Below are positions 53,950-64,000 of a stretch of 64,000 nucleotides of DNA, piece after piece; the stretch's first letter is position 1, and the number at the start of each line of letters is the position of its first letter. A model generated the notes under the pieces. That model worked only from the letters and a program-made list of their open reading frames with translations. It searched no databases and was not told the origin of the DNA. Position numbers and translations under genes: made by a program. Origin of the DNA: Octopus vulgaris (lineage: Eukaryota); the NCBI GenBank assembly GCA_951406725.2, contig OX597814.1:130138001-130202000 (forward strand), given 5' to 3'.

Positions 53950-54515
53950 CCTTTAACGAGTCGAAATGGGTCATTTTGACCCGTGGCCTTTTTATTTATT
54001 TTAATGAGCATCAAATGACGTTCATTGTTCTCTTCATTGTCAAAAATGCTTGTTTAGAACACAGACAGGGAAATAGAAGTAATTATTCATCACAATGAAC
54101 TTAAATACACTTTATCTTTTATTCCACACGATCCTTGCAGGTTGTTGGTCCCTGGTACTCCTTGCATATTGGTTTGGAACATTTTCAGCAGTACGTATAT
54201 GTCTTTCGATCTTTTCCAGCACAGAATGCGCATCAAGCTCTTCGCCATTCCCTTGGGAAACAGCCGTAAGGATGTACAGGAACTAATGGAAAATCAATTA
54301 CCAATCTGGAAGCACAGGTTTCAATAATCTTTCGCAAATCATCCTCTATTCCAGATCTATTTTGCAAGCGTATTTCAAGTTGTTCTCTCAGAATTTCTTT
54401 TCCAAGTGATCTAAAAAATTCTCTTCGAGACAGTAGACCATCCTTCTCCTTATTCCAAATGCATATCACAAAGGTGTTCGAGCAAACTTTGCCATTGTAG
54501 AACCTTACTCTCATT
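53950..54515 (-). mobile_element. piggyBac-like transposon 3' remnant
   Basis: TTAA at 53946 followed by CCTTT and the palindrome GGGTCATTTTGACCC; the minus strand encodes SRREFFRSLGKEIL and a decayed Cys-rich tail CAFC...C*KCSKPICKE...TCKD. Confidence 0.72.
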
Positions 54516-54988
54516 AGTACACTTATATACCAAATTTTCCCATGATGGGTTCACCACCATAGGATGCTTGTGCCATACCATCCGCAACATTGCACCTACT
54601 AGCTGGCACTGTGCATATGAACTTTTACCTCCGTAACACGGGCCATACCTTCAAATCCACCACTGTATTTCTATGTAAATATAATGTGAATTTCTATGTA
54701 AACATAATGCGAACTACTGCCTAAATTCACCCTTTCTAAAAACTCTTCTCATGAACGACTATACTCACCTATCCACCATTGGACGAAGAAACATGGATCC
54801 TGGAATACATCACGAGAGGTTTGTAGCTTATTTCCCCTTCCTTTACCTAATTCATTTTAATAAGTTGTACTTCTCTCACAGCCTCATATTTGCTCCTATT
54901 TTTTTCTAGCCCTTTTTAAATAATGATAAATACACTGTACCTATTGTTAACTGTTTATTATATGCATTAGCCCTCCTAACCATTTAGA

Positions 54989-55113
54989 CCCCCTGAAAAA
55001 GCCTGGAGGCAGACTCATCATCAAAACCTTATCTGCCTATCCCTACAAAACACTGAAGAGATGGAGATGGCATGAAGGATTTCGTTGCCTCTTGGCAGAA
55101 ACGGCCGTAAGGA
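54989..55113 (+). ncRNA. possible decayed hammerhead with long stem-II insertion
   Basis: CCTGAAAAAGCC...GGCAGAAA-CGGCCG-TA-AGG; the core has a C3/A8 mismatch. Confidence 0.35.
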
Positions 55114-55285
55114 ACTGATCTTTTGCTCTTTTGCTCTTTTCTGTAATATTAATGTGTGTGTAACACATAGTTACTACATGTGTATGTTTTCTTCTAATAC
55201 TTTCAAATGCTTTGGAATAAATAGACACACTGGAATGTCTACCGGCTGATGTATGTCGTTTTGTATCCTCTCCATTTTCTTATTT

Positions 55286-55351
<66 letters not shown>

Positions 55352-55460
55352 TACAAACCTATACGCACACATACACATAAACAAATGTGCTGACAAACAG
55401 CTGTAAAATCTGTTTACCAATTTAATATTGAGTTGCATACATTCTTTAACGGCGCAGATC

Positions 55461-55535
<75 letters not shown>

Positions 55536-55909
55536 AAATTTTACCTCATGCTCTAGTTGGAAAGAATTCATTTGCTTGATCATTGAAGATCAGCGTTATC
55601 ATCAATGAGCAGTCAGCCAACTGTGCATTAGTTTATAATAAAATAAACTTAAGTGGTAGGAATATTTGGAAGCTCTTTGTTTTGTTTATTAATGAAATTG
55701 AAGAAACATAGAAATAAACACATAATAACAGAAACTGCATATTTGCATGCTGTACATCCAATTAATCTTTGAAACGGTGAGAATCTGTAAAACATTTGAA
55801 ATTTCTTAATATTAATCCTCGACGGGGCGAAATCGTCATATATGAATGCACATACATTCATGCATGCAAGCATGCATATATAAACATACATAAGTCTGTG
55901 TGCATGTGT

Positions 55910-55956
<47 letters not shown>

Positions 55957-57112
55957 ATATATGTATATATATATATATATACATACACACATACACATGT
56001 ATATATATACACACATATATACATGCATACATAATACATACATACACACACACACACATATATATGCATACACACACATATATATATATACATATATATA
56101 CATACATACATAATATATATATATACATACACACACATATACATATACATACATACACACACACACACATATATATTCATATATATACATGCATAATACA
56201 TACATATATATACATATATATACATTCACTCATATATATATATATATGTAAGTAAATGTCTGTGCTTTATATGTTTATGTACACACACACACAAACACAC
56301 ACACACTTATATATATATACACACACATTTACACACATATATAATATACGCTTGTATGTATAAACATTCACAGACGTTTGCATAAAAACACAAATGCATA
56401 TATGCCGGTATATATAGGTTTATGCCTATATACTACCTACCTACCTACCTACCTACCTACCTACCTACATACATACATACATACATACATGTATGAATGT
56501 ATATATATATTCTATGTATAACACATCCACTGAGACATAATTTGATATATTTTTCATTTACTTTTATTAGATTATATCTATTAAGTCTTAATACTTTTTG
56601 ATATCAGGGTAAATCAATATGTAAAAACGTGAAGCCATACAAACTATAAGCGTATGTCTAATGCTTGTGTATAGATATTAAAGATATACATACATGTAAG
56701 TTTATTATTGTATTTGTCTATACGTGTGTGTCTAGCACATATGCATAACTAGATAGATATATGGTGTATACATACTCTGTTTTATTATATTTGTTTTCTT
56801 GATGATCATGTCCATGTCTGTTGTGCTTCAGAGTGTTTCTCTAGAAGTGTAGATGTGTGTCTTTATTCATATGCTAACAAAGCTTTTTGCCGACGCGAGA
56901 TTAAATGGAAAAGTCAAGAAAAAAGGAAAGTGAAACTAAAGCTATGTAAAATAATTTGCGTACTGTTTATTTTTATTTTAATCTATATTTATCAATCTTG
57001 CCGTTATATCTTTTAGAGTTCCTCATTATCTTGCATTACATTAATCTTTTTCTCTCGTTTCAAAATTACTGCTATAGTATTTATTTATGCATTGCTATTG
57101 TTGTGTGGTAGA

Positions 57113-57345
57113 AAGGCGGCGAGCTGGTAGAAACGTTAGCACGCCGAGCGAAATTCGTAGCCGTATTTCGTCTGTCGTTACGTTCCGAGTTCAAATTCCG
57201 CCGAGGTCGACCTTGCCTTTCATCCTTTCGGGGTCGATAAATTAAGTACCAGTTACGCACTGGGGTCGATGTAGTCGACTTAATCCCTTTGTCTGGCCTT
57301 GTTTGTCCCCTCTGTGTTTAGCCCCTTGTGGGTAGTAAAGAAATA
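57113..57345 (+). mobile_element. SINE family B, stand-alone full-length Tx1-tailed copy with a 17-bp TSD
   Basis: TSD TATTGTTGTGTGGTAGA at 57096-57112 and 57346-57362. Confidence 0.93.
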
Positions 57346-57843
57346 TATTGTTGTGTGGTAGATTTAATAAGGCCTTCAAAAAAAATGTCTGTGGTATTTA
57401 ATGAAGGCTGGGCTTTAGGTTCGAAATCTACAAGCGTCGACTTCATAGTTTCTTATGCCATGTTCGATTAAGTAATTTATTTTTTGTTTGCTAAATACTT
57501 ACGTTAATTTAATTTTAATTTAATCAACTAATACCCTATACCCACCTATCGGGGAATTTTTTTGTTTTTTAATCTGTCCTTGCGCATATATTTGAAACAA
57601 TATAAGTCTGCATCCTGGCAGAATCGTTAGAGCGTCGAAAAATTAACACACCGTACATGTTCAAGCCCTGTATATTTTGTATTCAGATACAGACAAGGTA
57701 GAGTTTGCCTTTCATATATTGGAGGTCGATGAAATAAAGTACTGCTTAAGTAGTGGGATTGATGTTTTCGCCTAACATTCCACCATCAAAATTATTACTT
57801 TTCTGCCTAAATTAAGGACAATAATCAGTATAACTAAAGGTTA

Positions 57844-57901
<58 letters not shown>

Positions 57902-58022
57902 GCCACTACTGCTTGTACTGCTGGTGCTGCTGGTGCTGCTGCTGCCGCTGCTACTACTACTACTACTACTACTACTACTTGTAGTAAATAGTTGTAGTAA
58001 TAATAATATTTATTATCCTGAA

Positions 58023-58061
<39 letters not shown>

Positions 58062-58062
58062 T

Positions 58063-58415
58063 AAGGCTGCGAGCTGGCAGAATCGTTAGCACGCCGGGCG
58101 AAATGCTTAGCGTCTGCCGCTACGTTCTGAGTTCAAATTCCGCCGAGGTCGACTTTGCCTTTCATCCTTTCGGGGTCGATTAAATAAATACCAGTTACGC
58201 ACCGGGGTCGATATAATGGACTTAATCCATTTGTCTGTCCTTGTTTGTCCTCTCTGTGTTTATCACCTTGTGGGTAGTAAAGAAATAGGTATTTCGTCTG
58301 CCGCTACGTTCTGAGTTCAAATTCCGCCGAGGTCGACCTTGTCTTTCATCTTTTCGGGGTTGATTAAATATGTTGAACACACCTTCCCCAAGCTGCTCTT
58401 GTGGCAAAAATTTCA
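58063..58415 (+). mobile_element. SINE family B nested pair
   Basis: Tail ...GGGTAGTAAAGAAATA joined at 58287/58288 to GGTATTTCGTCTGCC. Confidence 0.85.
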
Positions 58416-58637
58416 AATGATTATTGTTACTATGGTGATGATCTTGGCAAAAAAGCAAACTGGGGAAAATGCCGCTAAGCATTTTGCCCGTCTTTATGTT
58501 CTGAGTTCAAATTCCGAAGAGACTGACTTTGCCTTTCGTCCTTTCGAAGTCGAGGAAATAAGTATCAGTTGAACACTGGGGTCAATTTAATCGACTTATT
58601 CTCTCCTACCAAAACCTGCTCGCCTTGCGCCAAACCC

Positions 58638-58978
58638 CATGGTTCCGGGTTCAGTTCCACTGCATGGCACCTTGGGCAAGTGTCTTCTACTATAGCCTCG
58701 GGACGACCAAAACCTTGTGAGTGGATGAAAGAAGTCTGTCGTATGTATATATCTATGTATGTGTATGTGTGTCTCTGTCTGTGTTTGAGCCCCCAACATC
58801 GCTTGACAACCGATGCTGGTGTGTTTACGTCCCTGTAACTTAGCAGTTCGGCAAAAGAGACCGATAGAATAAGTACTAGGCTTATAAAGAATAAGTCCTG
58901 GGGTCGATTTGCTCGACTAAAGGCGGTGCTCCAGCATGGCTACAGTCTAATGGCTGAAACAAGTAAAAGAATAAATGA
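58638..58978 (+). mobile_element. SINE family A copy, 5'-truncated
   Basis: Homology from the B-box to the tail. Confidence 0.88.
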
Positions 58979-58984
58979 ATTATT

Positions 58985-59503
58985 GAGTGAGAGATCAGTG
59001 CATACCATCAAAGTGACACTGGGGTAAAATATACGAAGCCCAGTATACCTATCATGACTACCCGTCTGATACGGGTACACTAGGCACATGCATCACAACC
59101 ATATGTGTGCTACAAGGTGATCTCATATCAAGATCAACAGTACATGACCTTGCACTAGGGGCCCAGTTAGAATTTTCTTCTGGTCAAGTAACCCATCCCG
59201 CTCAAAAGCTCCCTGAATGTTTCCAGAGGTGAATTATTCAAACCCCAACGAATCCCTCTCAACATATGGCTATGATGCTCCCCCACTACTTCTGCTCGTG
59301 ATCAGAGATGTACATATCGTCAGCCACTAAGGGACATGCTCAACTGGTTAAGGTCAAACAACTGAAAAGCAAATCTGTGGTATTGAGCAGAATATTTGCT
59401 GTAGCCCATCTTTTATACCAAGACAAAACAATGTACCTGATAACAGTTCCAATCAGTTAAGATCAGAAGCCACAAGAGCCACTGCCTGGTATTGCATCAG
59501 GGC

Positions 59504-59504
<1 letters not shown>
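58985..59504 (-). mobile_element. non-coding interspersed repeat next to (TAA)n, longer copy
   Basis: Homologous to 21174-21511 and extends about 215 bp further; orientation inferred. Confidence 0.75.
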
Positions 59505-60873
<1,369 letters not shown>

Positions 60874-61059
60874 TATTAATATTCTTCTTCTCCTTCTCCT
60901 TCTCCTCCTTCTCCTTCTTCTTCTTCTTCTTCTTCTTCTTATTATTATTATTATCATCCTTGTAATTAATTTATAAAAGAAGCCGCTATTATTATAACAC
61001 ATACGCACGTGCCCAAATCAAAATAATATCGCTCTTTTAAAAGCAGTTTATCATAAATA

Positions 61060-61158
<99 letters not shown>

Positions 61159-61622
61159 AATGTATGCATGTATGTATATTGGAAAAAAATTGAAACAAAA
61201 GATATAAAAATTTAATCATGCATTACTATTTGTTATGATTAATTTTATTTTATTAGAAATTTGTTGTTGTTCCTTTTCGTTTTGTTTCTGATATTTGAAA
61301 ACTTTATATTAATCTTTATCAACAAAGCTAAAATGTAGAATTACTATTCGAGGGTGACTTCATGTGAAATAAGTAATTGATTCAACAGTTTATCAAAATT
61401 CTTAATGGCTTCTTGACTATTATGAAACATGAAAAGTGACTTCAAAGTAATAAAAATACTGTTCACAGAAAGCCATGTTAATGACTTTTTAAGTAATTTG
61501 TATGCGTGTGTGTGTGCATACCTGTGTGTATGTGTGTGTGCCTATGCGCGCGTGCGCGTGCGTATGTGTCTGTTTCTGTATGTATATATATATATATATA
61601 TGTATGCATGTATGAATGCAAT

Positions 61623-61654
<32 letters not shown>

Positions 61655-61823
61655 CATTATATAATATATTGTATTATATATACCTATATGTATATATATA
61701 TCTATACATATATATATATCTAGATATATATATGCATAAACATATGTATGAGTGTATATGTATAAATGTGTGTGTGTGTGTGTGTGTGTGTGAGTATGTA
61801 TGTATCTTTCTATGCATATATGC

Positions 61824-61882
<59 letters not shown>

Positions 61883-62189
61883 AACAAAGGAGACGAACAG
61901 GTAGAGAATACGATATTATATTGGTTAACAGACCATCCAGTCATTTTAACTAAATATAAATGAAATTATGTACGCTTATTGCACATGCAACCACCCAGCC
62001 GCCCTCACATACACACATACGCACACCCCAACACACATGCACACACAAACTTACATGCGCGCGCGCACACACACACATACACACACACACCACATACTCA
62101 ACATATTGGGAAATAGAGTGTGAAAGAGCAATTTTGTTTATCTATCTTCATAACAGTGTGAAGTACTTATCTATTGATGAATTTAGACG

Positions 62190-63782
62190 ATCGTTTTACG
62201 CTACAAGGGAATTGTTCTGGCCCTTTGCGGTCTGGGTTCAAATCTCACCGGAGTTATATTTGGCCTTCTACTCTCTGGGGTCTATGAAATACAATACTAA
62301 TAATGTAACCGTGTGGACTACTAATTCTTTACTCTTAAAATTGTTTGTCTTGTCCCTAAATTAGACGTCATTATTCTTTTCTGCTCTAGGCACAAGGCCC
62401 GAAATTTTGGGGGAGTGGGCCAGTCGATTAGATCGACCTCAAGCGCAACTGGTACTTAATTTATCGACCCCAAAAGCATGAAAGGCAAAGTCAGCGTCGG
62501 CAGTATTTGAACTCAGAACATAAAGACAGATGGAAAGATTTGACGTCATTATTACAAGGCCGTGAAAGGTAACGAGCTGGCAGAACTGGTAGCACGCCGG
62601 GGAAAATGCTTAGTAACTCTTCGTCCGTCTTTAAGTTCAGAGTTCTAATTCCGCCGAAGGCGACGTTGCCTTTCACCCTTGCGGCGACTTTATTACCTGT
62701 CAAGCACTAACGTCAATGAAATCAACTTACCCCTTCTCCACAAAAATTTCCTGGCAGGAAGGATTGTTACAATGCCATGAAAGACAGAAAATGACAGAGT
62801 CGTAAGCAACCAGGTAAAATGCATAGCAGCATTTGATCAGTCTTTCAGTTATGAGTTCAAATTCCGCCGAGGTTGACTTTGCCTTTCATTCTTTCGGAGT
62901 CAATAAAATAAACACCAGAAGGCGGCGAGGTGGCAGAAACGTTAGCACGCCGGGCGAAATGCTTAGCGTTATTTCGTCTGCCGCTATGTTCTGAGTTCAA
63001 ATTATGCCGAGGTCGACTTTGCGTTTGATCCTTTCGGGGTCGATAAATTAAGTACCAGTTACGCACTGGGGTCGATGTAATCGACTTAATCCCCCTGTCT
63101 GTCCTTGTTTGTCCCATCTATGTTTAGCCCCTTTTGGGGGATAAAGAAATAAGAAACGCTAGCACGCCGGGCGAAATGCTTAGCGGTGATTTATCTGTCT
63201 TTTCGTTCTGAATTCAAATTCCACCGAGTTCGACTTTGCCTTTCATCTTTTCGGAGCCAATAAAATATGTACTAGTTGCATAATGGAGGTGGATCTAATC
63301 GACTGGCTCCTTCCCTCAAAATTTCGGGCCTTGCGCCTAGAGTAGAAAAGAAAAAAAAATTAAACACCAGTCAGGAACTGGTATCAATTGGATGGACTTT
63401 ACCCCTCCACCCAGAAACTGCTGGCCTTATGCTAAAACCTGAAACCATTATTCTTATATCCTTTAGAGGTCGATGAAATATCTACCAGTTGCGCACTGGG
63501 TCGATGTAATCGACTTGCCCCCCGCCCCCAAAATTCCAGACCTTGCGCCTATACTAGAAAGGGTTATCAACAATATTGATTTCAGATTTTTTTGCACAAG
63601 TCCAGCAAGCTCGGGGAAGGCTGTAAGTCGATTACATCAACCCTAGTGTATAACTGGTACTTATTTCATTGACCTCGAAACGGTGAAAGGCAAAGGCAGA
63701 ATTTGAACTCAGAAAGTAAAGACAAGCGAATTGACTCCAAGCATTTTGTCCAGTGTACTAACGAGTGTGTCAGCTCACCGCA
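62190..63782. mobile_element. cluster of at least 7 family B SINE copies or fragments on both strands, including the nested pair 62919-63352(+)
   Basis: Repeated GAGTTCAAATTCCGCCGAGGTCGACTTTGCCTTTCATCC-like cores; junction at 63151/63152 is tail|AGAAACGCTAGCACG. Confidence 0.85.
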
Positions 63783-64000
63783 TCAGGATTATTAATATTA
63801 TTATTAAAAAGGATAGGATGAGAAAATTGGTGCCAGATTTTAAAATAATTAAAAACCAATGGGGTTGATCTGTATTAGATAAATGGTAAAAGATGCAACA
63901 TGGATGGTTTGAGAATATTTTATTAGGGGTCAATAAATGTGTAACCCTGAAAATGCAGGTTTTGTAGACAGTTAACACGGGTTACATGGCATAAAATCTA

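Noticed and set aside
62190-63782. Recurring ~40-bp motif with variable spacing, superficially CRISPR-like
   Set aside because: These are SINE bodies on both strands with irregular spacing, in a eukaryotic context with no cas genes.

Overview
AT-rich animal genomic DNA, most likely octopus/cephalopod (inferred from the SINE repertoire, not verified). It consists almost entirely of microsatellites and transposable elements, and no host protein-coding exon can be supported. Nearly all ORFs in the track are translations of simple repeats. Contents: (1) a near full-length Tx1/L1-clade LINE (27721-33072; ORF1 CCHC, ORF2 APE-RT-CCHC) with a 15-bp TSD, inserted inside a SINE head. (2) A head-to-head inverted pair of a Neptune-like Penelope element (9191-13620), plus GIY-YIG remnants of other Penelope-like groups. 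(3) Several minimal hammerhead ribozyme motifs, some with variant cores. (4) CR1-like and Dong/R4-like LINE fragments. (5) Two full-length mariners, a mariner MITE and a piggyBac 3' remnant. (6) Many copies of at least three tRNA-type SINE families. (7) One GC-rich promoter/first-exon-like patch near 39.1 kb. The main observation is an apparent self-targeting LINE/SINE system. The Tx1 LINE's 3' end matches the tail of a SINE subfamily. The LINE and four SINE copies with that tail all sit at one of two fixed nucleotides inside other copies of the same SINE family.
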